Assembly: GCA_039798785.1 (NCBI GenBank)
Contig: JBDKFG010000016.1
Span: 1 to 64,000 of the forward strand
Reading direction: 5' to 3'
Origin: Verrucomicrobiota bacterium
GTDB lineage: Bacteria; Verrucomicrobiota; Lentisphaeria; Lentisphaerales; Lentisphaeraceae
Length of the DNA: 64,000 nt
A program made the translations under genes and the position numbers. Positions 18,856 to 29,902 of this stretch are shown in pieces. The notes below the pieces were generated by a model. The model was not told the DNA's origin and did no database searches. It saw nothing but the letters and a program-made list of their open reading frames with translations. The stretch's first letter is position 1. Every line of letters begins with the position of its first letter.

Positions 18856-20247
18856 TCAGTTGACGCGGAGGTCCCAGAGGGCGCAGGTGACGGCGAAGGC
18901 TTCGTCGGCTTCCTTGACCTTTTTCTCGTGGTTCTTGCCCCATGAGTCGGAGTAGATGACATGGGTCAGCTTTTTGTTCTCGTCGAGGCGGTAGCCGATG
19001 ATCAGGCGCATGTGGCCGCCTTCTGCCTGGGGGACGTCGGGTTCGGGGAAGAAGCCCAGCTGCAGGGCCCAGGCCATGGGGCGGCCCTTGTTGATCGCTT
19101 CGATGATGGCTTTGTCGAAGATGGCGCGCTGGGCGGTGTTCTTGTTGGCGACTTCCTTGCACATCTGGTTCATCGCCTTGACATCGTTTTCGTCGATGTT
19201 CTCTCCCGCTTTTTTGCGCTTGCGCATTTCTTTGCGCAATTCGCCGATGAACTTGTTCATGTCTCGCATGCTGGCGAAGGGGTACTTGCCCTTGGGTTCG
19301 AGCGTGATGCGGAATTTTGTGGCGATTTCCTTCAGGCCTTTGATCAGCTCTTCAGGGCTGGTGCCGCCGTCGCCGGTGGACTTGGCGATCTTGGCGATCT
19401 CGTGCATGTCGGTGTCGCGGCCGTAGAAGTTGAGGATGCGGGCGACCGAGGCGCAGGCGCAGTAGCCTTTCTGACCCTGGTCGATCATCGGGATGCCGTC
19501 GATCCAGACGGTGCCGTCTTCGTCGTGCTTGACGTTGGCGATGCGGTCTTTCTGGTCAATCGCCTGGACGTCGTTCTTGTCGAGGTCGAGGACGGTCATT
19601 TTGTCGTGGCCGGCGGCGATGTGGAGGCGGATGTAGTCGGCGCTGAGGAACTTGCCGTTGCGGTCGCGGTTGGCGACGTAGTCGAGACGGTAGAGGATGT
19701 TGTCCTTGACCCAGAAGTAGCTGGAGCGGCCGGTGGCGCCTGAGGCTTTTTTCAGGTTCTTGCCTTCTTTGGCGAGTTTGAAGTCGGGGCAGTAGGCGTT
19801 GAGGTTGGCCTTGGCGGCGTTGACCCGGGCCATGAACTCAGCTTCCTTCGAGGCTCCTTTGATCTCGCCGTCGTCGCCCTTGTTGTAGAGCATGAACTGG
19901 GCGCTGTAGATCTTGCCGTCGCGGAAGTTGACCAGGGTTTCGCCCGCGATCATGCCGTTGAAGCTGAGCTTGTGTTTGTTGTTGAGGGGCGAGGCGCTGA
20001 CTCGGGCGGCGTTGTGGACGGTTTCGGCGGTCCACTCGAAGCCGTAAGGTTCCATCAGGGGGGCGAACTCGCTTTCCGGCATGCCGATGAACTTGGAGTC
20101 GATGAGGTCCTTCGCCTCGGATTTGGTCGGCTTGGTGATTTTCGGCATCTCGCGCCTGTCGGAGGGGCTTTGCGCCGCGGCTTCTTGTGGCATCAGGATC
20201 AAGCCGCCGAGGGCCAGCATAGTCAGCATGCTCAGGTTGCGGATCAT
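18856..20247 (-). CDS. secreted C39-like cysteine peptidase domain protein
   Basis: Signal peptide; QGQKGYCACAS, GGHMRLIIGY and YSDSWG give a Cys-His-Asp pattern. Confidence 0.7.
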   Translation of the reverse strand: MIRNLSMLTMLALGGLILMPQEAAAQSPSDRREMPKITKPTKSEAKDLIDSKFIGMPESEFAPLMEPYGFEWTAETVHNAARVSASPLNNKHKLSFNGMIAGETLVNFRDGKIYSAQFMLYNKGDDGEIKGASKEAEFMARVNAAKANLNAYCPDFKLAKEGKNLKKASGATGRSSYFWVKDNILYRLDYVANRDRNGKFLSADYIRLHIAAGHDKMTVLDLDKNDVQAIDQKDRIANVKHDEDGTVWIDGIPMIDQGQKGYCACASVARILNFYGRDTDMHEIAKIAKSTGDGGTSPEELIKGLKEIATKFRITLEPKGKYPFASMRDMNKFIGELRKEMRKRKKAGENIDENDVKAMNQMCKEVANKNTAQRAIFDKAIIEAINKGRPMAWALQLGFFPEPDVPQAEGGHMRLIIGYRLDENKKLTHVIYSDSWGKNHEKKVKEADEAFAVTCALWDLRVN

Positions 20248-20463
20248 GGGGATTCCTTTTTATGTGTGAGTTTAGAGTCTCGGGTCAAGTGCTTAGACCA
20301 TCCTAACACCAAGAAGACGCGGCTGCCAAATTTTTTTTGATGATTTTTTCTCGATTCCCGCCGGAGGCGGCTTGGATGGGGCGCTGGCGGCGCCGCCGCA
20401 GGTTGACGCATGCGGAGAGCGGAGGAATGTGAGGGCTGGCAAAGAAAATCCCAAGGAACCTTG

Positions 20464-21804
20464 ATGCCCTGGCTCGAACATTGTCTCCGGATGTGGCGGA
20501 GGATGGACTTCGTCCTGCTCGGACTGGTGCTGTCCCTGCTGGTGCTGGGCACATGGTACATCGATGGCATCGGCGACCAAGTGGAGGGGGCGATCAGCCT
20601 TTATTCTGCCAAGCAGGTGCAGTGGATCGTCATCGGACTGGTCATGGTCCTGGCGCTGGCCTGTTTCGACTACGAGGTCCTGGGCGGAAAGGTATGGTGG
20701 ATCTATTCCTTCGGCATGCTTTTGCTGGTGGCGGTGCTGATCTTCGGCACCGTGATCAACGGCCAGAAGTGTTGGATCGACTTCGGCGCCTTCACCATCC
20801 AGCCGGCCGAGTTGGCCAAGCCCTGTTGTCTTCTCGCCTTGGCCTGGATCGCCAGCCGTCCTCGGACGAGATTAAAGGAGCTCGGTCATGTCGCTCCGGT
20901 CGCCGCCGTCGCCGCCCTCCCCATGGCTCTGATCGGCCTGCAGCCTGACATGGGTTCAGCTTTGATCTTCGTTCCGATGACGGCCACAGTGATGTACTTC
21001 GCCGGCATCCGCAAGCGCTACCTCCTGGTGCCACTAGCCACCGGCGTGCTTTTGGCTCCGGCGATCTATTTCATCCTCAAGCCGCACCAGCGCGACCGCA
21101 TCGACACCTTCACCCACCCCTTCGTCCATCCCGTCACCTTGCGGATGGCGCAGAAGAAAGCGGCGGAGATGAATCTCTCGCAAGACCAGATGAGGCTGAT
21201 CGCCAGGATCCAGGATCCGCTCGACTACGTCCGGGTGGAAGAGGCATATCGCGCCGGTCAGATCAAACTGCCTGAATACAAGTCGCGCCAGGATCCGAAG
21301 AATCGCAAGACGGTGACTGAGTTCCTTGCCAACGAAGGGTGGCAAGCCTGGCAGTCGAAGCTGGCGGTGAGCAGCGGCGGCTTGTGGGGCAAGGGACATG
21401 GCAACTCGACCCAGGTGAAGCTCGGCTTCCTGTCGAAAGGCACCGCCACCACCGACTGTCTGGTCGCGGTAATCGCGGAAGAAGGAGGCTTTGCGATGAT
21501 GTGCCTGATTCTCCTTCTCGAGTTCGGCGTCATCATCTGCTGCGCCCGCATCGCCATGTCGGCGCGCGACACCTTTGGACGCGCCATCGCGATGGGCTGC
21601 GGCAGCATCTTCCTGATGCACACCTACATCAACGTCGGCATGGCGATCGGGTATGCTCCGGTCATCGGCATCCCCTTGCCTTTCGTCTCCTACGGCGGCT
21701 CCTTCATCCTCAGTTCGATGATCTGCGTCGGCCTGCTCCAGTGCGTGCACGTCCGCCGCGACGACGATGAATCCAAGGAAAAACTCAGCGAGTTGATGAA
21801 ATGA
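20464..21804 (+). CDS. rodA: SEDS peptidoglycan glycosyltransferase (RodA/FtsW family)
   Basis: IQPAELAK, QPDMGSA, SGGLWGKG, GIPLPFVSYGGS. Confidence 0.85.
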   Translation: MPWLEHCLRMWRRMDFVLLGLVLSLLVLGTWYIDGIGDQVEGAISLYSAKQVQWIVIGLVMVLALACFDYEVLGGKVWWIYSFGMLLLVAVLIFGTVINGQKCWIDFGAFTIQPAELAKPCCLLALAWIASRPRTRLKELGHVAPVAAVAALPMALIGLQPDMGSALIFVPMTATVMYFAGIRKRYLLVPLATGVLLAPAIYFILKPHQRDRIDTFTHPFVHPVTLRMAQKKAAEMNLSQDQMRLIARIQDPLDYVRVEEAYRAGQIKLPEYKSRQDPKNRKTVTEFLANEGWQAWQSKLAVSSGGLWGKGHGNSTQVKLGFLSKGTATTDCLVAVIAEEGGFAMMCLILLLEFGVIICCARIAMSARDTFGRAIAMGCGSIFLMHTYINVGMAIGYAPVIGIPLPFVSYGGSFILSSMICVGLLQCVHVRRDDDESKEKLSELMK

Positions 21805-23177
21805 CCAAGCAAGACTCACCCGACCCTTACCAGCTCCAAGGCAGGAGCGTCATCGTCGCCGGTCTCGGCGTCAGCGGGCAGGCCGCCTGTCGTCTCGCCC
21901 TCAGCCGTGGCGCCCGGGTCACCGCCGTCGACGAGAGCGCCGACGGACGTGCCCAGGCCCGTGCGGAAACCCTGCGTGCGGCAGGGGTCTCGGTCTTCAC
22001 CGGATGGACTCCCGCGCTCGCCCTTCCTGAAGCTGATCTGGCGGTCCTCAGCCCGGGAATCCCGCCCGAGGGGAGCCTTGCCAAGGCTCTCGCCAGAACG
22101 GCGCCGATATCCGTCGGCGAGCTTGAATTCGGCCTGCGGCACCTCGCCTGCCCCGTCCTCGCCATCACCGGCACCAACGGCAAGACCACCAGCACTGAAT
22201 TGGCGGAGCACTGCCTCAAAGGCGTGGGGCTGGAGGCCGTCGCCTGCGGCAACATCGGCTTCGCCGCCTCCGAGCTCGCCCTTGCCTCGAAAGCGCCGGA
22301 TTACGCCGTCGCCGAAGTCTCCTCCTTCCAGCTCGATACCCTTGTCGAAACCCGCTTCGCGGCGGCGGTCATCCTCAACGTCACTCCGGATCACTGGGAT
22401 CGATATCCCAGCCCCGCGGATTACAGCCGCTCCAAGCTCCGCCTGGCCTCGCTGGCCTGGCGTTGCGCCGCCTCTGCTCAAGTCGCCCGTCTGCCGGAGG
22501 CCGCAGGCATCTCTTTCGATCTGCTGTTCGACAAGGATGGCGACGACTCCTGCTCCTTCCATAGCAGAGGCGGCAAGTTGATTCTCCGGCCCTGCGGCCT
22601 TGAATTCGATCTCTGCGAACAGCCCCTGCAAGGGCGGCACAACATCGAGAATCTCTTGGCAGTCCTCGCCTTAGGACACATGGCCGGCCTCGATCCTGCA
22701 GCCCTTTTCCGGGCGGCCGGCAGCTTCCGGCTCGCCCGTCACCGCCAGGAGCTCGTCCTTCAAAAGAATGGAATAGCTTACATAAATGATTCTAAAGCAA
22801 CCAATCCAGACGCAATGGTTCAAGCTATTCTGCGCTTTGGGCGCGACGAATCTCGGCCTTTGGTGCTGATTGCCGGGGGACGCGACAAAATGATGGATTT
22901 CTCCATTGTCAGCCCCCTTCTTCCCCCCTATGTTAAGGCCATCCTCACCTACGGCGAGAGTGCCACGCTGCTGACACGACTCTGGTCCGACCTGGTTCCT
23001 TGCACAAGCTGCGTCTCTTTTGATGCGGCGGTGCAGGCGGCGATGGTTGCGGCTCGGGACGGCGACGCGGTGCTGCTTTCTCCCGGCTGCGCCAGTCTTG
23101 ACTGCTTCGGCAGTTATGCACAGCGCGGCGACCGCTTCACCGAAATCGTCCAAAGGCCCCAATCCCATGCCCTCTAA
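21801..23177 (+). CDS. murD: UDP-MurNAc-L-Ala--D-Glu ligase
   Basis: GLGVSG, SPGIP, ITGTNGKTT, EVSSFQL, INDSKATN, LLSPGCASLD. Confidence 0.95.
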   Translation: MTKQDSPDPYQLQGRSVIVAGLGVSGQAACRLALSRGARVTAVDESADGRAQARAETLRAAGVSVFTGWTPALALPEADLAVLSPGIPPEGSLAKALARTAPISVGELEFGLRHLACPVLAITGTNGKTTSTELAEHCLKGVGLEAVACGNIGFAASELALASKAPDYAVAEVSSFQLDTLVETRFAAAVILNVTPDHWDRYPSPADYSRSKLRLASLAWRCAASAQVARLPEAAGISFDLLFDKDGDDSCSFHSRGGKLILRPCGLEFDLCEQPLQGRHNIENLLAVLALGHMAGLDPAALFRAAGSFRLARHRQELVLQKNGIAYINDSKATNPDAMVQAILRFGRDESRPLVLIAGGRDKMMDFSIVSPLLPPYVKAILTYGESATLLTRLWSDLVPCTSCVSFDAAVQAAMVAARDGDAVLLSPGCASLDCFGSYAQRGDRFTEIVQRPQSHAL

Positions 23178-24270
23178 ACTCATCCGCGCCGCCCTTGCCT
23201 GCGGCACCCTCTCCGCCGTGATGCTTCTCGGCAGCTGCTCCTCATCGTCGAAAAAAGCCAAGCAGGCCGAAGAAGAGGCCAAGATGGCCGGAGACCTCTT
23301 CGATAACCGCGGCGGACGCCTTGCTGCTCCCTTGGTCAAGCCGGTCAGCGCTGAATTTGGCGAAGCGCCGGTTCTGATCGCTCCTCCTGCTCCCCTGCCG
23401 GCTCCGGCCAAGGTCGAGGCTGCCGTTGCTCCCGCCCCCACTCCCGCCGAAGAGATCATCCCTCTGGTTGCCGAGCCGGTGAAGCCCGTCACGCCCAAGG
23501 TGACAGCGAAAACCACCGTCGCCACCAGCCCCAAGTTTCCGGTGACCAAGTCTGGATCCACCTACAGCATCCAGAAGGGTGACATCCTCGGTCGGATCGC
23601 TCAGGATCATGGCGTCAAGACGGCCGATCTTCTCGCTGCCAATCCCGGCGTCGATCCCGCCAGACTGAAAGTGGGGCAGAAGATCAAGATTCCTGCTGCC
23701 GGCTTCGCCAAGACCAAGCCTGCGCCGCTGGCGGGCACCGCCAAGAGCAGCAAGCCGAGCGTCAAACCCTCGGGCAAGTCCTCTTCGTCGAAGAGCAGCG
23801 GCGCGGTCAAGTCTTCGGGCGGAGAATACACCGTGGTCAGCGGAGATTTCCCTGAGAAGATCGCCAAGAAACTTGGAGTCAAGCAGGCAGACCTGATGGC
23901 GGCCAACCCGGGTCTCAATGCCACAGGACTCCAGATCGGCCAAAAGCTTAAAGTTCCCGGCGCCTCTTCCGGCAGTTCCGCTGGCGTCAGCTCCCGCAGC
24001 CCTGCCGATCCTGCCGATGTCGGCGGCGATATCGCCCCCGCCCCCGCCCCCGCTCCCGCAGTCGCTGTCGGCGAGACCGCCCCCGCTCCTGCAGTCGACC
24101 TCAGCAACACTGAGCCCATCTCCTACACTACCGTCCCCGGCGACACGTTGGATTCCCTTGCCGCTGGCATGGGGTCCACCGTGGCTCTGATCAAGGCCGC
24201 CAATCCCTCCATCAAGAGCGATGCCGACCTGAAGCCCAACATGTCCATCACCGTTCCGGTACCCCGCTGA
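23167..24270 (+). CDS. lipoprotein with three LysM domains
   Basis: Lipobox LLGSC; LysM repeats YSIQKGD.., YTVVSGD.., YTTVPGD.. Confidence 0.9.
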   Translation: MPSKLIRAALACGTLSAVMLLGSCSSSSKKAKQAEEEAKMAGDLFDNRGGRLAAPLVKPVSAEFGEAPVLIAPPAPLPAPAKVEAAVAPAPTPAEEIIPLVAEPVKPVTPKVTAKTTVATSPKFPVTKSGSTYSIQKGDILGRIAQDHGVKTADLLAANPGVDPARLKVGQKIKIPAAGFAKTKPAPLAGTAKSSKPSVKPSGKSSSSKSSGAVKSSGGEYTVVSGDFPEKIAKKLGVKQADLMAANPGLNATGLQIGQKLKVPGASSGSSAGVSSRSPADPADVGGDIAPAPAPAPAVAVGETAPAPAVDLSNTEPISYTTVPGDTLDSLAAGMGSTVALIKAANPSIKSDADLKPNMSITVPVPR

Positions 24271-24292
24271 GAATTCTGCAGCGTCTAATTGC

Positions 24293-24325
24293 AAGACCCG
24301 GCGAGCTTCGGCCCGTCGGGTTTTT
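24293..24325 (+). terminator. intrinsic terminator
   Basis: GACCCGGCGAGC-TTCG-GCCCGTCGGGTTTTT. Confidence 0.65.
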
Positions 24326-24406
24326 CAATTTTCCCGGGCTTGAATGAATGAGTTATGGCTATAAAATTTAAGCACTTTGAATTTTCTCGAGAACCCGGAG
24401 AACCAG

Positions 24407-25090
24407 ATGAAAATCCTTTTGCTCCCTGGCTGGACCCAGACTTGTTCGCAATTGAAGCAGCTCCTGCCGGAAGGTTTCGAGATCATCGAGACGGATTGGC
24501 AATATGCTTCGAGCCCTTCGAGTTTGCCGCGTCCGGATCTCGTCAATCCGCAAGAGCCGTTTGTCGTCCTCGGGCACAGTCTTGGCGCCTGTCTGGGATT
24601 GAAAATGATGGCGCATCCGCTTTGCCGCGGGGCGATCCTCTTGGGGGCATTCGCCTGCTTCGCTCCTGAGGAGACGGCTCTGGGCAAGATCCGAGGCAGA
24701 AATGTCCGTTCGATGCTGCGACGTCTGGCGCTCGACTTCACCGCCGCCAAGCCGCTGGTGGCGGAGTTTCTGGTCGAGGCGGATAAGCCCGGGGAGAAGC
24801 TGCTTGGGCGCCCCCGTGGAACTCCCTACTTTGTCATGCTCAGCCACGGTCTGGAATTGCTGCTGGAGCTCGATCTCCGCCCTCGACTGGCCGGACTGGC
24901 TGTGCCGGCCTTGGTTATGCACGGGGATCTCGATGCCGTCGTTCCGGTCTCTTATGGACGTGAGCTTGCCGGCGGCCTGCCGCGGGCCCAGTACCGGGAA
25001 TTTCCAGGAACCGGGCATGCGTTCTTCCGCCAGGAAGGCAAAGCGGTCAAACACGCCCTTGCGCAGTTCCTGAAGGAGCTGAACTCATGA
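24407..25090 (+). CDS. alpha/beta hydrolase, BioH-like
   Basis: LLPGW, GHSLG nucleophile elbow, HGDLDAVVP, GTGHAF. Confidence 0.8.
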   Translation: MKILLLPGWTQTCSQLKQLLPEGFEIIETDWQYASSPSSLPRPDLVNPQEPFVVLGHSLGACLGLKMMAHPLCRGAILLGAFACFAPEETALGKIRGRNVRSMLRRLALDFTAAKPLVAEFLVEADKPGEKLLGRPRGTPYFVMLSHGLELLLELDLRPRLAGLAVPALVMHGDLDAVVPVSYGRELAGGLPRAQYREFPGTGHAFFRQEGKAVKHALAQFLKELNS

Positions 25091-26001
25091 TCGAATCTCT
25101 TGTCGACGCTGCTCCGCGTCGCATCGGCGCATTCCACGAGGTCTCTGCCTTCGGCTTTGGTTGCTGGCGTTTTCTGCCGCATCTGGTTCCTGATCCGGAG
25201 GGATTGCTGGCTTCTGCCTGTGACGGAGGGGTCAACCTGATCGACACTGCCGACGTCTACGGCTACGATTGGGGCGGCACGGGCTTCGGCGAGGCCGAGA
25301 AGTTTCTTGGCCGCTGCTTCGCGGCCAGCCCTTCCCTGAGAGATCGATTTCTGCTTTGCGGAAAATCCGGCATCCGACCAGGGACTCCGTATGATTCCAG
25401 CCGGATCTACCTTCGTCAGGCGATCGAGGCTTCCCTTCGCCGGCTGAGGACGGATCGTCTCGATCTCTTCTTGGTTCATCGTCCTGATTTTTTCACTCAC
25501 CCTGCCGATCTGGCGGCAACGCTGGTCGAGTTCCGTGATCTCGGGTTGATCCGGGAAGCCGGCGTTTCCAATTTCCTCCCCGCACAGGTCGATGCGCTGC
25601 AGTCGTTCCTCCCCTTTCCTTTGGCGGTGCTTCAAACGCAGTTCTCGGCATACCGTCTTTCCCCTCTTCATGACGGTCAATTCGACTTTTGCCAGTCTCG
25701 TAATCTTCTTCCTCTCGCCTGGTCGCCCTTGGACGGCGGACGTCTTGGCGATGATGCCGTCGCGGTGCCGGGCGGTCCTTCGCAGCAGCTTCTTGATGCC
25801 CTTGACCTCTTGGCGCGACGCGAAGGATTGTGCCGCAGTGCCATCGCCCTAGCCTTCGTCCTCGCCCATCCCGCGCGTCCGGTGGCGCTGCTTGGCAGCA
25901 CCCGCACTGAGCGCTTGCAGGGATTGCTCAGCGCGGCTAGAGCAAGACTCGACCGTGCAGATCTTTATGGGATTGTGGGATGCGCCATGAATTTGCCCTA
26001 A
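25087..26001 (+). CDS. aldo/keto reductase
   Basis: [39 protein letters not shown]. Confidence 0.92.
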   Translation: MIESLVDAAPRRIGAFHEVSAFGFGCWRFLPHLVPDPEGLLASACDGGVNLIDTADVYGYDWGGTGFGEAEKFLGRCFAASPSLRDRFLLCGKSGIRPGTPYDSSRIYLRQAIEASLRRLRTDRLDLFLVHRPDFFTHPADLAATLVEFRDLGLIREAGVSNFLPAQVDALQSFLPFPLAVLQTQFSAYRLSPLHDGQFDFCQSRNLLPLAWSPLDGGRLGDDAVAVPGGPSQQLLDALDLLARREGLCRSAIALAFVLAHPARPVALLGSTRTERLQGLLSAARARLDRADLYGIVGCAMNLP

Positions 26002-26077
26002 GAGTTTATGGCGGGGGCTTGCGTCGAGCAGGGTTTTTCTTTATAATTGCAGTGATCCATCCAGTTCAGGAGTTCGT

Positions 26078-26746
26078 ATGCGAAGAAGATTCACCTTGAT
26101 CGAATTGCTTGTTGTGGTCGCCATCATCGGGATTCTTGCCAGCATGCTTCTGCCTGCTTTGGCCAAGAGTCGTGCGACGGCGCGACAGACCCTCTGCCTT
26201 AACAACATGAAGCAGATCGGCTTGTGGATGAATATGTATTCCGACGATAACGACGGGGCTTGGCCAAGGGCCTGGAAGAACGAATGGCCGTGGGATGACT
26301 TTTTGTCATTCTATGACGGCAGAGCCTTGACCCAATCACAGCTTGATGGATGGGCTCCTCCGGTAAAGCCGCAGGATGTGACCTACAAGTGTTCGCTTGA
26401 TGGACGCAAGTTAGCTGGTGAGTCGACTCGTACCTATGCGGTCAATGCTCAGGTGACAGGGGACTATCCTTGGGGGTATTCCGGTGTCAACAAGGACAAT
26501 ATTCAATCACATTCGACTGCTGTCTTGATGTCGGAACGTATTCCCAGCAGTGCAGACACGGGGACGACCTCTACCATGGGGGATGATGAGAGCTGTCGCG
26601 GTTTCACCAACAACGATGCCGGCGGCGCCGGTTTTTCCAACTGGCACTCGAATCATCCTAAGACTTTTCAATTGCCGTGGCTCTTCGTCGATGGCCATAC
26701 GGAATTGCAGGCGAAGGGATTTTTCACAACCTTCACCCCGCAATGA
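26078..26746 (+). CDS. prepilin-type N-terminal cleavage/methylation protein (PVC-type, H-X9-DG-like)
   Basis: [23 protein letters not shown]-terminal H...WLFVDGH. Confidence 0.9.
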   Translation: MRRRFTLIELLVVVAIIGILASMLLPALAKSRATARQTLCLNNMKQIGLWMNMYSDDNDGAWPRAWKNEWPWDDFLSFYDGRALTQSQLDGWAPPVKPQDVTYKCSLDGRKLAGESTRTYAVNAQVTGDYPWGYSGVNKDNIQSHSTAVLMSERIPSSADTGTTSTMGDDESCRGFTNNDAGGAGFSNWHSNHPKTFQLPWLFVDGHTELQAKGFFTTFTPQ

Positions 26747-26761
26747 TTTGAGAGGTTGACC

Positions 26762-27478
26762 ATGGTTTATCTATCCATTCTAATCTTGCTGATTGGAATT
26801 GCCTTGTTGTTGAAGTACAAAATGGCTAAAACTCCATCGTCGATTGACGCCAAAGTGGGGTTTTTTCTTCTCCCAATTAGCTTCGTAATTGGCTTGATTG
26901 GCAATCTAAGCGGCGATGGAGTCCATGATGAGACTCGTCAGCTTGAATCTTTGGAGCGCGCTAAAATTATCATCCCGGCATCCGAGTGGATACAAAAGCA
27001 TGGAATCAAGGGCGCGGTCGCTGTGATTCTGTCAAAAAACGATCAAGGTCAATCACTCCCTTTGCAGGTTTCTTGTCTAGAAGAACTTCGAAAGCAGTTT
27101 CCTTCACTTGATTTGAAGGTGAGTGAATTGGATTACCAAAGTCCGATCACCGAAGCTCAGTTGAATGCAGCCTGCGCAAAGTCTGAGGCGGTCATTCTAC
27201 TTTGCGCGTTGCCGCAGGAGCAGAGCAAATTGAAAGAGATTTTCCTTCTTGAGGATCAGCCTAAGTTCAAGGCGCATTTTCTGGTTTTGAACAGCAATAG
27301 CAATACAGTCCGTGATTTTTTTACTTCTCACGGATCCAGTTTTACCATACTGCAGCCCAAGCAGGCCAGTACACAAGGCCTGCCTGCACAGGCCAGCCAG
27401 AAGGACTTGTTTGACTTGTTTTATGAGACCATAAACGGGCGCACCGAAGCGCCAGTTGAGGCTAAGACGGAGGAATAA
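26762..27478 (+). CDS. hypothetical protein, two N-terminal TM plus soluble domain
   Basis: Low-GC ORF within the pseudopilin operon. Confidence 0.65.
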   Translation: MVYLSILILLIGIALLLKYKMAKTPSSIDAKVGFFLLPISFVIGLIGNLSGDGVHDETRQLESLERAKIIIPASEWIQKHGIKGAVAVILSKNDQGQSLPLQVSCLEELRKQFPSLDLKVSELDYQSPITEAQLNAACAKSEAVILLCALPQEQSKLKEIFLLEDQPKFKAHFLVLNSNSNTVRDFFTSHGSSFTILQPKQASTQGLPAQASQKDLFDLFYETINGRTEAPVEAKTEE

Positions 27479-27522
27479 CTCCTGCTTGTTTAAAAGTGGA
27501 GTGAATTGGAAGGAGGATGGTT

Positions 27523-28284
27523 ATGAATCTTTTACAAATCATTGCCTTGGTCGTCTTTTTCGTGGGTATGGGGCTTTGGCTTTCGTCTCGTAAGAAGAAG
27601 CCGCAGACACCAGATGTTCCGGCTGCAGCTGCGCTTCTACTTAGTCTGATTTTGGGTGTCATCAGTGCCTTTATACCAAATTCTGAGGTTGTGGATACGC
27701 GCTATGTTCGAGTCAATCAAGCGCAATGGGAGTATCCCTTGCAGCAGCTTTGCGCCAAGATTGGCAACAGCGGCAAGATTTGCGTCATTGTTCCTCCTGA
27801 AACCGAGTCTGGAAGCGATGTCGAATTCCTGAAGCCCTATATGCATCCAGGTTGCACCTTGGAAGTCTGTCATGTGCCCAAAACCGGTGTCAGTTCAAGT
27901 TTTATTCAAGCTGTGCTAGTGAAAAATCCTAAGGCGGTCATTTTGGCCGTCCCCTTGCCAAATGGAGATGAGGCGAGAGCCGATTTAGCTGCCTATTTGA
28001 CAGAGCACCCGATCAAAGTTCCGATGTTGTTCACACCACAAGCTCGGCAGGATGCATTGCTATTGTTTGCGGCGAGTTCTCTCTGGGGCTATGTCGAGTG
28101 TAAGGCGAAGCCTGCTGTAGCAGAATTAAATGAGAATGCGGCTCTAGAAGAAGTTTTTAAAGCTGCTTATGTGCTTTATGATGAAAATAATCGCCCGAGC
28201 GATATGCCTCAGTCGCATCCTGTAAATTCTGGACACCGAAAAACACCTCAAGACCATCCCATTGAAACGGAGACCGAAGAATGA
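27523..28284 (+). CDS. hypothetical protein, two N-terminal TM plus soluble domain
   Basis: AGGAGG RBS; same architecture as the preceding ORF. Confidence 0.7.
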   Translation: MNLLQIIALVVFFVGMGLWLSSRKKKPQTPDVPAAAALLLSLILGVISAFIPNSEVVDTRYVRVNQAQWEYPLQQLCAKIGNSGKICVIVPPETESGSDVEFLKPYMHPGCTLEVCHVPKTGVSSSFIQAVLVKNPKAVILAVPLPNGDEARADLAAYLTEHPIKVPMLFTPQARQDALLLFAASSLWGYVECKAKPAVAELNENAALEEVFKAAYVLYDENNRPSDMPQSHPVNSGHRKTPQDHPIETETEE

Positions 28285-28991
28285 ACAAACGATTCACCCT
28301 CATCGAGCTGTTGGTGGTTGTGGCCATCATCGGGATTCTCGCCTCGATGCTCATACCCGCTCTCGGTAAAGCCAAGGGTCAAGGTAATGTCGCAGTCTGT
28401 GTAAGCAATTTAAAGCAAATAGGTTATTATTTGCAGTTGTATAGTGATGATAACGACGGATATCCTCCCCCGGATCGCTCTGGATCTGCAACTACTTGGG
28501 ATGATCTCTTGAGTAATTATGATGGTCGCAGGCTTAGTCAGTCTGACATGGATCTTGATGGCACCTTGCCATCGCACTCGACTAATGCATCTTATCGGTG
28601 CCCATTGGATAAGCGAGGGAGGCAAAACCGAACTTATTCGATGAATTACCATTTGCGGAGTGCGAACTTGAATTTCGATACGTTAAATGATCCCTCGGGT
28701 CAAATCGTCTTGACTGAGCGATATCGCAATTGGAATGATAGCAATTTAGCGAATGCCAAAATGGGGGCTAACGCGGCGTCTTACTTTCATGTGCTTAATA
28801 GCGGCGATGGTCCACGTGCCACTGGTGGTTATTATGGACCCAATCAAGGTTCAGGTACGGCCAACTGGGATGCGTCCTTGCATCCGAAGCGGATGGAGCT
28901 GCCTTGGCTGATGGCGGATTCTCACGTAGAACTGCGTAATCGCCTTTACTTTCCGGGTAATTACCCTGGCGGCCCTTACCAGACTCAATGA
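28281..28991 (+). CDS. prepilin-type N-terminal cleavage/methylation protein
   Basis: [23 protein letters not shown]-terminal HPK...WLMADSH; paralog of 26078. Confidence 0.9.
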   Translation: MNKRFTLIELLVVVAIIGILASMLIPALGKAKGQGNVAVCVSNLKQIGYYLQLYSDDNDGYPPPDRSGSATTWDDLLSNYDGRRLSQSDMDLDGTLPSHSTNASYRCPLDKRGRQNRTYSMNYHLRSANLNFDTLNDPSGQIVLTERYRNWNDSNLANAKMGANAASYFHVLNSGDGPRATGGYYGPNQGSGTANWDASLHPKRMELPWLMADSHVELRNRLYFPGNYPGGPYQTQ

Positions 28992-29788
28992 GTGTCGGTA
29001 GAAACGGGAATCATGAACTCCCGCGTGCGGGAGTTTTTTCTAGGAAGCTATGCATCCTGGTGGTTTTTCTGGCATTTTCTTGTAAAAAGGAAATGGAGGC
29101 GGTTCCCGTGGTCTCTTCGGCCTCGCCGCACCTGTACGTCAGCCCTCGCCAGGCACTGGCTGATGCGCTTGCCTTGCCTGCCGGCGCGGCGCGTCAAAAC
29201 GCCATTCACCGAGCCAGGCTGGCGGTCACTGCCGAGGCCGCCGGCTGCCCGGTTGAGGAAGGGCCGGAGGGAAGCCTTCGCCTCGGGGGCATCCTCTGGG
29301 AGCCCAAGACGCAAAAGATCTCCTTTGCCGCCATCCTGTCGCTACCCAAGGCGGATCCAGAGCAGGGCATAGAGACAGCCATGCCGCTTGAACTCATTTG
29401 CTGCACTCCGGCAGGACGTCGTTATGAGTCTCTACTCGTCAGTGAAATCCGTCCCTTGCATCTGTCTCTCCTCCTTGCCTTGGCGGGATTCACCCCCGAA
29501 TCGCTCTGGCAAGTTGAGATCGCCAATCTCGATCAAACCCAACCCTTGACTGCTTTCCTGCCTGAAGGCAGGGCGCTCGGATACTGGCGCTTCGCCCCTC
29601 CCGCCATGTCGGAATCTGGCTTTCCTCCTGATCTCAGTGGTGATCTGCTCTCCTTGGAGTCTGGCGTCCTGATGCCCGCTGTGGCGCCCCAGCAAGCGGA
29701 AAAGCTGGTCCCCAGACTCCCGCCAGGTTACCTCAATGACTCCCAGGTAATCATTGAAATTTGTCCGCAGAATTTAAAAAGCTTATGA
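28988..29788 (+). CDS. hypothetical lipoprotein (YdjY-like domain possible)
   Basis: LAFSC lipobox; LELICCTPAGRRYESLL...PLHLSLLLALAG. Confidence 0.55.
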   Translation: MSVGRNGNHELPRAGVFSRKLCILVVFLAFSCKKEMEAVPVVSSASPHLYVSPRQALADALALPAGAARQNAIHRARLAVTAEAAGCPVEEGPEGSLRLGGILWEPKTQKISFAAILSLPKADPEQGIETAMPLELICCTPAGRRYESLLVSEIRPLHLSLLLALAGFTPESLWQVEIANLDQTQPLTAFLPEGRALGYWRFAPPAMSESGFPPDLSGDLLSLESGVLMPAVAPQQAEKLVPRLPPGYLNDSQVIIEICPQNLKSL

Positions 29789-29902
29789 CTCGATAATATC
29801 GACAATAAATAAATATTCATCAGGAATGATTTGGGCAACTTTTCGGTTTTGGATGATTCTAAGCATCTTGTTTCCCACAGACCATCCCTTCGGAGAACTC
29901 TC

